Positions 1 through 9,651 of a stretch of DNA of 64,000 bases are shown one piece after another. The stretch comes from Trueperaceae bacterium. GTDB taxonomy: Bacteria > Deinococcota > Deinococci > Deinococcales > Trueperaceae. The stretch covers positions 1-64,000 of the forward strand of contig JBBDRK010000069.1 in NCBI GenBank assembly GCA_040905465.1. The letters are read 5' to 3'. Each line of letters opens with the position of its first letter. The stretch's first letter is position 1. The position numbers and the translations under genes are program-made. The notes under the pieces were generated by a model. The model did not search any database. It was not told the DNA's origin and saw nothing but the letters and a program-made list of their open reading frames with translations.

Positions 1-86
1 AGGAGGTGACTGTCCTCAAGCGGATCAAGGCCAAGCTCGAGGCGCGCGAGAAGGAAGAGTCGTCGCAGGAGGCGATCCCGGCCTGA
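1..86 (+). CDS. 3' end of V/A-type ATP synthase subunit D (partial)
   Basis: Frame from nt 3 reads EVTVLKRIKAKLEAREKEESSQEAIPA*, resembling the LKRIKxKxEARE C-terminus of Thermus-type subunit D; followed by a terminator. Confidence 0.7.
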   Translation, partial: EVTVLKRIKAKLEAREKEESSQEAIPA

Positions 87-107
87 ACGCAAGTCACCCC
101 GCAGGGA

Positions 108-150
108 CGTCGGGAGCCGGTCCATGGGGGCCGGCCCCCGACGGTTTTTT
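108..150 (+). terminator. Rho-independent terminator
   Basis: Hairpin cgtcgggagccggtcc-atgg-gggccggcccccgacg followed by a T-tract. Confidence 0.85.
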
Positions 151-212
151 GGCCTGCCGGCGGTTGTTCGCGGCCCCGCTCTGCCCTTTACTCCGAACAA
201 GTATCATCTCCC

Positions 213-938
213 GTGATGCCCCGACTTCTGCTGCCGCTGCTTCTCAGCGTGCTCCTGTCCGCGTGCGCTCCCCAGGTAGTCAACGAAGACAGCCAGGCCG
301 ACCTCCAGGAGTTCGGCCTGGAAGCGTTGCCCATCGCGGAGCGTTTCGTCATCGCCGTGCCCGATTTCTCCGTTACCGCCGGCGCAGTAAAGGTGGGACG
401 CGTGGATCTCTCGGATGAAGGGGAGCAGTTCTACCGTGAGCTCGGCTCGGGTGTCGCCGACATCTTCCTGACCGAAGCCTTCCGCAGCGGCCGATTCCGA
501 ATCACCGAGCGGAGCCAGTTGGACGCGGTGCTGCGCGAGCAGAACCTTGCCCTGAGTGGTCGCCTCGACCCCGACACCGCCGCCGACCTGGGCAGGATCA
601 CCGGTGCGGAACTGATAGTGCTCGGCTCGTTGACCGAGTTCGCGATCGATACCACCGGCGGTGGCGGCCGGGTGCTCGGCATATTCGGCGGCACTACCGA
701 AACGGTTACGGCGAGAGCCACGGTAGACATCCGCCTGGTCGACTCGGTAACGGCGGAAGTGCTGGCAATCGGGCACGCAACCAGCGAGGTCTCCCAGCGC
801 AACGTGCAGCTCGATATCGGAAACGTGCTGCGGGCGTTGCGTGCCGGGCGTTCAGGCACGACGATCGTCGATCTCGCTGTCAGGAACGCTATTCGCGGCG
901 CTATCAGGGAGGCCGCTACCAGTTTGCCGGTCAAGTAG
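213..938 (+). CDS. CsgG/HfaB-family lipoprotein
   Basis: Lipobox LSAC; IAVPDF, RFRITERSQLDAVLREQ, GRITGAELIVLGSLTEF and VDIRLVDSVTAEVL motifs. Confidence 0.85.
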   Translation: MMPRLLLPLLLSVLLSACAPQVVNEDSQADLQEFGLEALPIAERFVIAVPDFSVTAGAVKVGRVDLSDEGEQFYRELGSGVADIFLTEAFRSGRFRITERSQLDAVLREQNLALSGRLDPDTAADLGRITGAELIVLGSLTEFAIDTTGGGGRVLGIFGGTTETVTARATVDIRLVDSVTAEVLAIGHATSEVSQRNVQLDIGNVLRALRAGRSGTTIVDLAVRNAIRGAIREAATSLPVK

Positions 939-1083
939 CCGGTACGGCAGGAATCCGTACGGCGGATGACCGGATCGGCGCGGCAAATCTCCACGGCGCT
1001 TTACAGGACCTGTTCTGTACGGATACGATGGCCTCCGGCACGAAAACAGAAGCTTCTTTGCGTTGACGATGGGAGAACTATAT

Positions 1084-2100
1084 ATGCGCATACCCCTTTC
1101 AATCGTTCTGGCTGCCACTCTGTTCCTGGGTGGAGCGGTGTCGGGCCAGGGCCTTCTTCAGGAGATCCAGGACCGCGGCAGTCTCGTGTGCGGAGTGAAC
1201 GACCAACTGCCGGGCTTCGGCTCGATCAACGAGCAGGGCGAATACGAAGGCTTCGATGTCGACTTCTGTCGCGCGATCGCCGCTGCCGTGCTCGGCGACT
1301 CCGAAGCCGTCGAGTTCCGTCCGCTCTCGGCGCAGGAGCGCTTCACGGCGGTTCAGTCGGGTGAAGTCGACGTCCTGATCCGCAACACCACCTGGACCTC
1401 GACCCGTGACACGGACCTCGGTCTGAACTTCGCCCCGACCACCTTCTACGACGGCCAGGGCTTCATGGTTCCGCGCGACTCCGGTGTCGAGAGCCTGCAG
1501 GACCTGCAGGGGCTGCGCATAGGCGTGCAGGTCGGCACCACGACCGAACTAAACCTTGCCGACGTTCTCAGCGCGCTGAACGTCGACTACACCCCGGTAA
1601 CGTTCGAGACCGCCGATCAGTTGGTGGCCGCCTACGACGCCGGCAACGTCGACGCCTGGACCACCGACAAGTCGGGCCTGGCATCGAGGCTCGTCACCCT
1701 GCAGGACCCCAGCGCCCACCGGATCATGGACGCCACCATCTCCAAGGAGCCGCTCGGACCGTCGGTGCGTCACGGTGACGACCAGTGGTTCGACGTGGTC
1801 AAGTGGGTCGTGTACGGCCTGTTCGAGGCCGAGGAGTTCGGCATCACCTCGGACAACGTTAGCCAGCAGGCGGAAAGCACCCAGAACCCGAGCGTGCAGC
1901 GAATCCTGGGCGTGGATCCGAGCGCCGTCGAGGACCTCGGCCTGGAACCGACAGCCATTCGCGACGCCATCGAGCAGGTGGGCAACTACGGGGAGATCTA
2001 CGAGCGCAACCTCGGCCCCGATACACCGTTCGACATCCCGCGCGGCCTGAACGCGCAGTACTACGACGGTGGTCTCATCTTCGGGATGCCCTTCCGTTGA
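1084..2100 (+). CDS. aapJ: General L-amino acid ABC transporter substrate-binding protein (AapJ/BztA)
   Basis: Signal peptide; GFDVDFCRAIAAA, ERFTAVQSGEVDVLIRNTTWT, ISKEPLGP, VGNYGEIYERN. Confidence 0.92.
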   Translation: MRIPLSIVLAATLFLGGAVSGQGLLQEIQDRGSLVCGVNDQLPGFGSINEQGEYEGFDVDFCRAIAAAVLGDSEAVEFRPLSAQERFTAVQSGEVDVLIRNTTWTSTRDTDLGLNFAPTTFYDGQGFMVPRDSGVESLQDLQGLRIGVQVGTTTELNLADVLSALNVDYTPVTFETADQLVAAYDAGNVDAWTTDKSGLASRLVTLQDPSAHRIMDATISKEPLGPSVRHGDDQWFDVVKWVVYGLFEAEEFGITSDNVSQQAESTQNPSVQRILGVDPSAVEDLGLEPTAIRDAIEQVGNYGEIYERNLGPDTPFDIPRGLNAQYYDGGLIFGMPFR

Positions 2101-2106
2101 CCTCGA

Positions 2107-2172
2107 TGTCCTGCGCGGCGCACTTTCCGCGCAGGACACCTTTCGGGCGGCTCCCTCGGGATTGCCGCCCGA
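2107..2172 (+). terminator. Two intercistronic hairpins after aapJ (attenuator or mRNA stabiliser)
   Basis: 12-bp stem tgtcctgcgcgg/ccgcgcaggaca (2107-2138) and a second stem ttcgggcggc/gccgcccgaa. Confidence 0.65.
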
Positions 2173-2268
2173 ATTCACTCTTTTGCAATGGTATTTTCGA
2201 CTTAGCGTGAGCCTCCAAATCGAGCCTCCCCGGATTCCGGTTGCCCGTCCACGCGCGGGAGAGCGCTC

Positions 2269-4104
2269 ATGAGCCGGTACATGACCAGGCCGAAGGGTCC
2301 CGGCAACCAGGAGCGGATCCCGTTCTACCGGAACGTCCGCACGCTGGGCGTACTCGCCCAACTTATCTTCGTGGTGATTACCGTCACCGCCCTTTACTAC
2401 CTGTACCGCAACGTCTCAACCGCACTGGCGTCCTCGAGTCTCACGTTCGGCTTCGGCTTTCTGGACGATCGCGCCGGCTTCGACCTGGGCGAGACCGCCA
2501 TCCCCTTCGCCAGTTTCGACAGCTACCTGCGAGCGATAATCGTGGGAATGTTGAACACCCTGAAGGTGGGACTTTCCGGGGTGGTGCTCTGCTCTATCCT
2601 CGGTGTGTCGGTGGGCGTGATGCGGCTTTCGGCGAACTGGCTGCTTCGTACCCTCGCAACGGCCTATGTCGAGCTGCTGCGAAACACGCCGTTGGCCGTC
2701 CAGCTCATATTCTGGTACTACGCGATCATCCTCTCGATTCCGCCCCGCTCCGATAATGCGGTAAGGCTTCCGGGCGATATCTTCCTCAGCCAGATCGGCA
2801 TCGCATTGCCGTGGCTCTACCCCAGCTATAACTTCGGCGCCTGGCTGCCCTGGCTGGCCGGAGCAGCGGTAGCCGCCGGCGCGCTCTATCTGTGGCGATG
2901 TCGCCAGATTGCCCGTGCCGACCGGCCCGGTAACCCCTGGCTCATTCCCCTGGCAGCAGCCGCGATCGTGTCGGGCGCCGGGTTCGTCCTGGTAAGCGCC
3001 GGCGCCGACGCTCCGGCGGGCCTGACCGCCGAGGTCTCTCCCGCGCGCGGCGTCGGCCAGACCTTCCTGGACGAGAACGGGGATAGGGAGCGAGGTGCGA
3101 GGGAACCGGCGGTACCGTATACGCCGTTGGTCGTTTCGATCTCCCAGGGTCGTGTCCGGACCATCAGCCAGAACCTCGTCGAGTCGCGAGACGCCGTTTA
3201 CAGCACCTTCCGCTTCCCGCTGGTCGACTCGGACGAGTATGAAAGCGTCTCGGTCGTCATCGACGATCCCGAGGCCGCCGAGCAGTTGTCCCTGCACTTC
3301 GACACCTACCCCAGTGTCGGAACCGTTTATCGAGACCTGAACGAAAACGGCGAGTTCGACGAAGGGGAACACAGCTTCGTCGAGGACGGCATAATTCGCG
3401 GCTACAACGGCGTGCGCCTGGTGATGGACATCGAAGGTTTCACTCGCCGTGTAGTGTCGGATCGCTCGGGCCAGTTGCGACTGCCGATCTTTACTGCCCC
3501 CCCGCTCGAGGACAGCGAAGCGCAAGAAGCAGATCCGGCCGGTGGCGGCGGAGGTGGGGGACTCGGTGCTCTGTTCCAGCCGACCGCCCGCACTACCAGT
3601 GTCATCGAGACCGAGCTCGAGCTGCCGATCCCAGGGCCGCTCGTATTGAGCAAGCCGACAGTGCCGCGCAGCAGCTACTTCGGGGGGGCGAGACTGACAA
3701 CTCCCTTCCTGGCACTGCTGTTGGGATTGGCCATTTACACTTCGGCGTTCGTGGCCGAGATAGTTCGCGGCGGGATCCAGGCGGTGCCTCGCGGGCAACC
3801 CGAAGCAGCCAAGGCCCTCGGCCTTTCCGGCGGGCAGACATTCTTTCTGGTGGTCTTCCCGCAGGCCCTGCGCATCATCATCCCGCCGATGATCAGCCAG
3901 TACCTGAACCTCACCAAGAACTCCTCGCTCGCCATTCTCGTCACCTTCAGCGATTTCTTCCAGGTCTCCAACACCGTCGGAAATCAGACCGGTCAGTTCG
4001 TTTCGGTCTACGTGATAATCCTCGCGGGTTACCTGGGACTATCGCTGGTCTTCAGCCTGATCCTGAACATGGTGAACGCCCGCCTGACGCTGGTTGAAAG
4101 ATGA
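2269..4104 (+). CDS. aapQ: Amino acid ABC permease AapQ/BztB with large soluble insertion
   Basis: GFGFL, YVELLRNTP, AEIVRGGIQAVPRGQPEAAKALG, QYLNLTKNSSLA; about 230 aa non-membrane insert. Confidence 0.9.
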   Translation: MSRYMTRPKGPGNQERIPFYRNVRTLGVLAQLIFVVITVTALYYLYRNVSTALASSSLTFGFGFLDDRAGFDLGETAIPFASFDSYLRAIIVGMLNTLKVGLSGVVLCSILGVSVGVMRLSANWLLRTLATAYVELLRNTPLAVQLIFWYYAIILSIPPRSDNAVRLPGDIFLSQIGIALPWLYPSYNFGAWLPWLAGAAVAAGALYLWRCRQIARADRPGNPWLIPLAAAAIVSGAGFVLVSAGADAPAGLTAEVSPARGVGQTFLDENGDRERGAREPAVPYTPLVVSISQGRVRTISQNLVESRDAVYSTFRFPLVDSDEYESVSVVIDDPEAAEQLSLHFDTYPSVGTVYRDLNENGEFDEGEHSFVEDGIIRGYNGVRLVMDIEGFTRRVVSDRSGQLRLPIFTAPPLEDSEAQEADPAGGGGGGGLGALFQPTARTTSVIETELELPIPGPLVLSKPTVPRSSYFGGARLTTPFLALLLGLAIYTSAFVAEIVRGGIQAVPRGQPEAAKALGLSGGQTFFLVVFPQALRIIIPPMISQYLNLTKNSSLAILVTFSDFFQVSNTVGNQTGQFVSVYVIILAGYLGLSLVFSLILNMVNARLTLVER

Positions 4105-4223
4105 CGGGCCTACCGATGACGAACCTAGAGATCGAGGGCGGAACGATGGCGGACGAAACGATGGCGGGCGGAGAGGTGGCGGGCGAAACGCCGGCGGGCG
4201 GAGACATGAGGGTGACGGAATGA
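4101..4223 (+). CDS. Putative 40-aa bridging mini-ORF between aapQ and aapM
   Basis: ATG overlaps the aapQ stop (ATGA) and its TGA overlaps the aapM ATG (ATGA); [40 protein letters not shown]. Confidence 0.45.
   Translation: MTGLPMTNLEIEGGTMADETMAGGEVAGETPAGGDMRVTE
4136..4210 (+). repeat. Degenerate 15-bp tandem repeat, about 5 units
   Basis: gggcggaacgatggc / ggacgaaacgatggc / gggcggagaggtggc / gggcgaaacgccggc / gggcggagacatgag. Confidence 0.8.
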
Positions 4224-5434
4224 CGACCGGCCGCCTCCCCCCGCAGAGAGACCGGGGCATGCGCGGTTGGGTGCGGGCCAACCTGTTCGCCACCACCGGG
4301 CACACTATCGCCACCGTGCTCGTGGCTGCGGTCGTCCTCTGGGCGGGATTGAACCTGCTCACCTGGGTGATCGGGGCGGCGAACTGGGAGCGCCTGTGGG
4401 TGAATCTCAAGCTGTTCGCGGTGTTCCGTTACCCGGTAGACCTGCTGTGGCGGCCGCTGGTTGCTGCCGGTGTGATACTGTTCGCCTTCGGCGCGACCAG
4501 CTTCGGGGCGGAAGCGGGCACCGCGCGCATCGTGCGCGGGGCGTTCTGGCAGTTCTGGACCCTGATGGCGTTCCTTACCGTGGTCGCGTTCGTCGCCGGA
4601 TGGCAGGTAGCCCCCGCATACTTGCTGGCGACTGTCATGGGCATGGCGGGATTCGCCGCCGGCCGCTGGTTGCCGGCAGCATCGACGCATGGCGGCGTGA
4701 TCTGGCTCGTCTCGCTGCTATCGGTTCCCATCCTTCTATACGGTATCCCGGGACTCTCGGGTGCCATGAGGGTCGTGCCGATTCGCATGTGGGGCGGCTT
4801 CATGCTCACGCTGGTACTGACTACCGGCATCGTCCCGAGCTTTCCCATCGGCGTTGCGCTCGCGCTGGGCCGGCGCAGCAAACTGCCTGCCATCAAGTAC
4901 GTCTGCATCGCGTTCATCGAACTGATCCGCGGCGCCCCGCTCATAGTCTGGCTGTTCGTCGCCAACCTCATGGTGCCGCTGCTCTTCAACATTGGACCCG
5001 ACGCGGTGCCGTCACTCGGCAAGGCCTATATCGCCCTCACTCTCTTCAGCTCCGCTTACATGGCAGAGAACGTGCGTGGGGGGCTGCAGTCGGTACCGAT
5101 CGGCCAGAGCGAAGCGGCACGCGCATTGGGCCTGTCGGGATGGCAGACGACGATGCTGATCGTTCTCCCACAGGCGATTCGAGCTGTGATCCCGGCGATA
5201 GTGGGGCAGGCTATCGGCCTGTTCAAGGACACCTCGCTGGTGTTCATCCTCAACCTGCAGGACTTCTTCAACGTCCACAACATCGTCGCTCAGCAACCCG
5301 CCTCGATCCAGGTGACTGGCGGGATCAGGCTGGAACTGTCCTTGTTCCTGGCGGTGACCTATTTCTTTTTCGCCTACCGCATGTCGGTCGCCAGCCGGCA
5401 GCTCGAGCGGCTGATGGGAGTGGGCGAGCGATGA
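4220..5434 (+). CDS. aapM: Amino acid ABC permease AapM/BztC
   Basis: [61 protein letters not shown]. Confidence 0.9.
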   Translation: MTTGRLPPQRDRGMRGWVRANLFATTGHTIATVLVAAVVLWAGLNLLTWVIGAANWERLWVNLKLFAVFRYPVDLLWRPLVAAGVILFAFGATSFGAEAGTARIVRGAFWQFWTLMAFLTVVAFVAGWQVAPAYLLATVMGMAGFAAGRWLPAASTHGGVIWLVSLLSVPILLYGIPGLSGAMRVVPIRMWGGFMLTLVLTTGIVPSFPIGVALALGRRSKLPAIKYVCIAFIELIRGAPLIVWLFVANLMVPLLFNIGPDAVPSLGKAYIALTLFSSAYMAENVRGGLQSVPIGQSEAARALGLSGWQTTMLIVLPQAIRAVIPAIVGQAIGLFKDTSLVFILNLQDFFNVHNIVAQQPASIQVTGGIRLELSLFLAVTYFFFAYRMSVASRQLERLMGVGER

Positions 5435-5474
5435 TCGAAGCGCCCGTATCGACATTTCGACGGAGGTACCATTC

Positions 5475-6254
5475 GTGACAGACACAGCAGTCCAGAGCGC
5501 CAGCGGGCACGCCCCGGAGGGCGGCGAGCGGATAATCGAGGTCTACGGGCTGAACAAGTGGTTCGGCGACTTCCAGGCGCTGTCGGATATCGACATGTCG
5601 GTGAACAAGGGCGAGGTGGTCGTGATCATCGGCCCGTCGGGCTCCGGCAAGTCGACGTTGATTCGCTGCATCAACCGCCTCGAGGAGCATCAGGAAGGGC
5701 GTATCGTCGTCGATGGAATCGAGCTGACCGATGACGTCCGCAACATCGACATGGTGCGGCGCGAGACCGGGATGGTGTTCCAGCAGTTCAACCTGTTCCC
5801 GCACCTGACGGTTCTCGAGAACATCACCCTGGCGCCGATCCGGGTGCGGAAATGGAAGCGCAGCGAAGCCGAGGAGCGGGCGCGCTACTTCCTGGACAAG
5901 GTGGGCATCCCGGAACAGGCCGCCAAGTATCCCGGGCAGCTCTCCGGCGGCCAGCAGCAGCGCGTGGCGATCGCCCGCGCCCTGACGATGGGCCCGAAGG
6001 TGATGCTGTTCGACGAGCCTACCAGCGCCCTCGATCCCGAGGTGATCGGCGAGGTGCTGGAAGTGATGGTGGGCCTGGCCAAGGAGGGCATGACCATGTG
6101 CGTGGTAACCCACGAGATGGGGTTCGCCCGCGAGGTCGGGGACCGGGTGATCTTCATGGACGCCGGGCAGATCGTCGAAGTCGGCCCGCCGGAGCACTTC
6201 TTCACCAATCCCGGCGAAGAGCGCACCAAGGCGTTCCTGTCCAAGATCCTCTAG
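5475..6254 (+). CDS. aapP: Amino acid ABC transporter ATP-binding protein (AapP/GlnQ)
   Basis: [36 protein letters not shown] upstream of GTG. Confidence 0.95.
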   Translation: MTDTAVQSASGHAPEGGERIIEVYGLNKWFGDFQALSDIDMSVNKGEVVVIIGPSGSGKSTLIRCINRLEEHQEGRIVVDGIELTDDVRNIDMVRRETGMVFQQFNLFPHLTVLENITLAPIRVRKWKRSEAEERARYFLDKVGIPEQAAKYPGQLSGGQQQRVAIARALTMGPKVMLFDEPTSALDPEVIGEVLEVMVGLAKEGMTMCVVTHEMGFAREVGDRVIFMDAGQIVEVGPPEHFFTNPGEERTKAFLSKIL

Positions 6255-6391
6255 ACCGGCGATTCTTGCCGTGTTCGCCGTCGTCCCCCTTTGAACCTTT
6301 CCACACCGTCCGCGGTCGCCGCTGACTAGACTCAGTGGAAGGCTCCGCAGGCGGAGAGTATGCCGCTGCGGTGCGGGAGGAAGGCCGGTCG

Positions 6392-7537
6392 ATGACGGAA
6401 GCCAAGGGTCGAGGGTTGAGGATCGCCGACATGTTGCGTCAGATGGTGGCGCAGCGGGCGTCGGACATCCACTTGCAGGCGGGGGCGCCGCCCTACGTGA
6501 GGGTAGACGGCAGCCTCAGGCCGTTCGATGGATCGCCCGAACTCACTGCGGCGCAGACCGAGCAGATCGCCTTGGCGATGATGAACGAGGCGCAACGGGA
6601 TCTGTTCACCCACAGGCACGAGCTGGACTTTGCCTTCAATCTGCCACAGGTGGCTCGCTTCCGCTGCAACGTGTTCCGGCAGCGCTCGGCCGTGGGCGTG
6701 GTGATGAGGGTAGTGCAGGACGCTGTTCCCTCGTTCGAGTCGCTCGGTCTGCCGGCGGCCGTCATGACCGACTTCGCCTCGCAGACGCGCGGCCTGGTGC
6801 TGGTGACCGGGCCGACGGGTTCCGGCAAGTCGACTACCCTGGCCGCGGCGCTCGACTTCATCAACCGGAAGTTTCCGCGCAACATCATCACGATCGAAGA
6901 TCCTATCGAGATCATCCACAAGAACCAGCGCAGCCTGGTGGTACAGCGCGAGGTGGGTCTCGACACCGCCGACTTCGTCGACGCAATCAAGTACGCCATG
7001 CGCCAGGACCCGGACGTGATCATGCTCGGCGAGATGCGCGACAAGGAGACGGTCGAGGCGGCGCTCACCGCCGCCCAGACCGGGCACCTTGTACTCTCCA
7101 CGCTGCATACGCTCGACGCCGTGCGCACCGTCAATCGGATCATCGATTTCTTCCCTCCGCACGAGCGCGATCAGATACGCATCCTGCTGGCGGAGTCGCT
7201 GCTAGGGATACTCAGTCAGCGGCTGCTGCCGAGGGCCGACGGCCCGGGTCGCACCGTCGCGCTCGAAGTGCTGGTGAACACGCCGTTGATCCGCGACTAC
7301 ATCAAGGACTCGGACAAGACCGGGCTCATCAAGGAAGCATTGCAGGACGACAACATCCGCGGCATGCAGACGTTCGACCAGCACCTCGTCGAGCTCTATC
7401 TGACCAGGAAGATCACGATGGAAGACGCCTTGGCGATGGCCACCAGTTCGCACGAGTTCAAGCTGATGGTGACACAGCGCCAGGGCGGCGAGGAGCAGGC
7501 GGCCGCGTCCGACACCGGGTTCATCAAGCGCCGCTAG
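6392..7537 (+). CDS. pilT: Type IV pilus retraction ATPase, PilT/PilU family
   Basis: ASDIHL, GPTGSGKSTT, TIEDPIE, RQDPDVIMLGEMRD, TGHLVLSTLHT, GMQTFDQ. Confidence 0.9.
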   Translation: MTEAKGRGLRIADMLRQMVAQRASDIHLQAGAPPYVRVDGSLRPFDGSPELTAAQTEQIALAMMNEAQRDLFTHRHELDFAFNLPQVARFRCNVFRQRSAVGVVMRVVQDAVPSFESLGLPAAVMTDFASQTRGLVLVTGPTGSGKSTTLAAALDFINRKFPRNIITIEDPIEIIHKNQRSLVVQREVGLDTADFVDAIKYAMRQDPDVIMLGEMRDKETVEAALTAAQTGHLVLSTLHTLDAVRTVNRIIDFFPPHERDQIRILLAESLLGILSQRLLPRADGPGRTVALEVLVNTPLIRDYIKDSDKTGLIKEALQDDNIRGMQTFDQHLVELYLTRKITMEDALAMATSSHEFKLMVTQRQGGEEQAAASDTGFIKRR

Positions 7538-7567
7538 GCGAGGTTCAGCGGCCGGTTGGGCTCGGCG

Positions 7568-8806
7568 TCAGCCGACTCGTGCCGCCTGCGGCGACCTGGC
7601 GGACAGCTCGCGCAGAACCGGCCTCAACTCCCCGGCGAGGTACAGCGATCCGCCGACGACCAGCAGGCGACCGGCGGCACACGCTTCGAGCGCCGCCGCC
7701 AAGGCGGTACGCGGCTCGGCCAGGAACGTCCGGGTAGCGCTCGGTGACACGGTGATAGGTTCGCCCCCGGCTGTCGTTACGAACACCCTCAGCGCGGCGG
7801 GCTCGAGCGCCTGCAAGGTCGCTTCGCCCTGCTTGCGCCGCAGTGAACCGAACAACAGCACGTAGTCACGGCCGGCCCGTTCGGCCAGCGCCGCTGCCGC
7901 CGCCGGGTCGTGTGCCCCGTCGAGGAGGACCTCGACGGGGCCGACGCGAAACCGTTCGCCCCGGCCGGGCAGCGGAGGCGTCTGGAGGCCGGCCGCCAGC
8001 GCCGGTTCGTCGACTCCTCCCGCCAGGCGGATAGTAGCGGCGGCCAGCCGCTGGTTTCGGCGTCGCACCGGATCGCTTTGGACCGCCATTCCGGACGGAA
8101 GTTCGAACAGGTCGCTCGCGGGCCGGTCGATATGCAACCTGGCGCCACGGCGTCGTGCCGCTGCGGCCAGGACCTCGAGCACCTCGGGCGGCTGCACGGC
8201 GCTGGCTGCCGGTACGCCGGCGCGGATCGCCGCCGATTTGTCGAGCGCGATATCCGCCAGGCGCGGTCCCAGCGTCTCCAGGTGGTCCAGGGCGACCGGG
8301 GTGATGGCGACGGCGGCAACGCCGGTAATGACGGCTGTCGCGTCGTGCAGCGCTCCTACGCCCGCCTCGACGGCCGCAAAGGCGACGCCCAGGCGCTCGA
8401 AATGATCGAGAGCCAGCGCCAGGCACAGTTCGAAGAACGCCGGGGTGAACGGTAGCCGGGAGCTGCGGACGCGCTCCACGAAAGAGACCACCTCCGCCCG
8501 GCCGATCGGTTCGCCGTCGACCGCTATGCGCTCGCGAAAGTCCTCGACGTGAGGGGAGATGAAACGGCCGCTGCGCAGGCCCGCGGCCGAAGCCGCGGCA
8601 GCCGACATCGCCGCCACGGTGCCCTTGCCGTTGGTGCCTACCACGTGAACAACATGCCCGGGCAGAGACAGCCCGAGCGCATCGATCAGCCGGCTCATTC
8701 TCAGCGGGTCGCGAGGCGCGTCGCCGCGGGTCTGCCGGTAGAGCCAGTCGAGGCTCTGCCGATAGGCGATCTGGAGATCGAAGTCGTTCGTGTTCGTTCC
8801 GGTCAT
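7568..8806 (-). CDS. folC: Folylpolyglutamate/dihydrofolate synthase
   Basis: HVVGTNGKG, SPHVEDFRERI, FFE, VEAGVG, LDGAHD, GGSLYLAG. Confidence 0.92.
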   Translation of the reverse strand: MTGTNTNDFDLQIAYRQSLDWLYRQTRGDAPRDPLRMSRLIDALGLSLPGHVVHVVGTNGKGTVAAMSAAAASAAGLRSGRFISPHVEDFRERIAVDGEPIGRAEVVSFVERVRSSRLPFTPAFFELCLALALDHFERLGVAFAAVEAGVGALHDATAVITGVAAVAITPVALDHLETLGPRLADIALDKSAAIRAGVPAASAVQPPEVLEVLAAAARRRGARLHIDRPASDLFELPSGMAVQSDPVRRRNQRLAAATIRLAGGVDEPALAAGLQTPPLPGRGERFRVGPVEVLLDGAHDPAAAAALAERAGRDYVLLFGSLRRKQGEATLQALEPAALRVFVTTAGGEPITVSPSATRTFLAEPRTALAAALEACAAGRLLVVGGSLYLAGELRPVLRELSARSPQAARVG

Positions 8807-8851
8807 AATCCGCTCAGGATAATATCGGCGGCAGAAGTCTGAGTCGGCCGA

Positions 8852-9520
8852 TCAGCGGCGCCGACGGCGACGGCGCCGCCGCTTGCCCTGGCGTGGACGG
8901 TCGCTTTCACGAACCGGCATTGCGTCTTCCTGCGCCACCTTTACCAGAAGAGCGTCGAGCGGCTGTCCCTCCACTCGCTGGCTCATCTGCAGTATCGCGT
9001 GCGGCTCGTCGACCTCCACATAGACGTAGGCGTTGCCGGGATGCAGTCGGTATGCGTGCGCCCGGCGCTTTCCCAGGGCGGTATCGAGCTCGGTGGTTCC
9101 CAGGTAGAGCACGGTGACATCCTTGCCCAGCATGGGGATGCGCAGCGGCTCGTCGGACGGCGCCAGGCTACGCAATTCGTTCAGGAGCCCGAGTGGGTCC
9201 CGGTACGGCCGGATGTAGGGGACACTCGCCTCGTCGCCCGACCCACGCGATGCCCGCACCAGCCCCTGAGTGACGTCGAAGACTACGTCGTACACGCGGT
9301 TCTCCCCGCGCCGTTCGGTGTCCTCACGAAAGCCCAGCGAAACGTGGTGGCGCCGCTGTACCCTGCTCACCTGTGTCGTTGTCAGTTGCCCCAGGCCCCC
9401 TTGCAGCATGAGCCGGCCCTCGAGTTGAGTGATCTGGCCGCGATGCTCGGTGCGGAGCACATGCGTTCCCACGGGAGTGCCTCGCAATGAGATCCGGTAG
9501 CTGCAGACTTCCACCGCCAT
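8852..9520 (-). CDS. Hypothetical protein (possibly DUF3108-like) with poly-Arg C-terminus
   Basis: Beta-rich ORF with DPLGLL motif ending KRRRRRRRR; co-oriented with folC. Confidence 0.6.
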   Translation of the reverse strand: MAVEVCSYRISLRGTPVGTHVLRTEHRGQITQLEGRLMLQGGLGQLTTTQVSRVQRRHHVSLGFREDTERRGENRVYDVVFDVTQGLVRASRGSGDEASVPYIRPYRDPLGLLNELRSLAPSDEPLRIPMLGKDVTVLYLGTTELDTALGKRRAHAYRLHPGNAYVYVEVDEPHAILQMSQRVEGQPLDALLVKVAQEDAMPVRESDRPRQGKRRRRRRRRR

Positions 9521-9651
9521 GGCCGAGGCTACCACGCCCTCCACCGCCTCGGTCAGCCGGCGAGCGACCGACCGGCGTTACAGACGCGCCCCCGGCCCGC
9601 AACTAGGGTGACCTGTGAGAGGCTCGACACGAGCGGGCGGATGCGAGGGGG

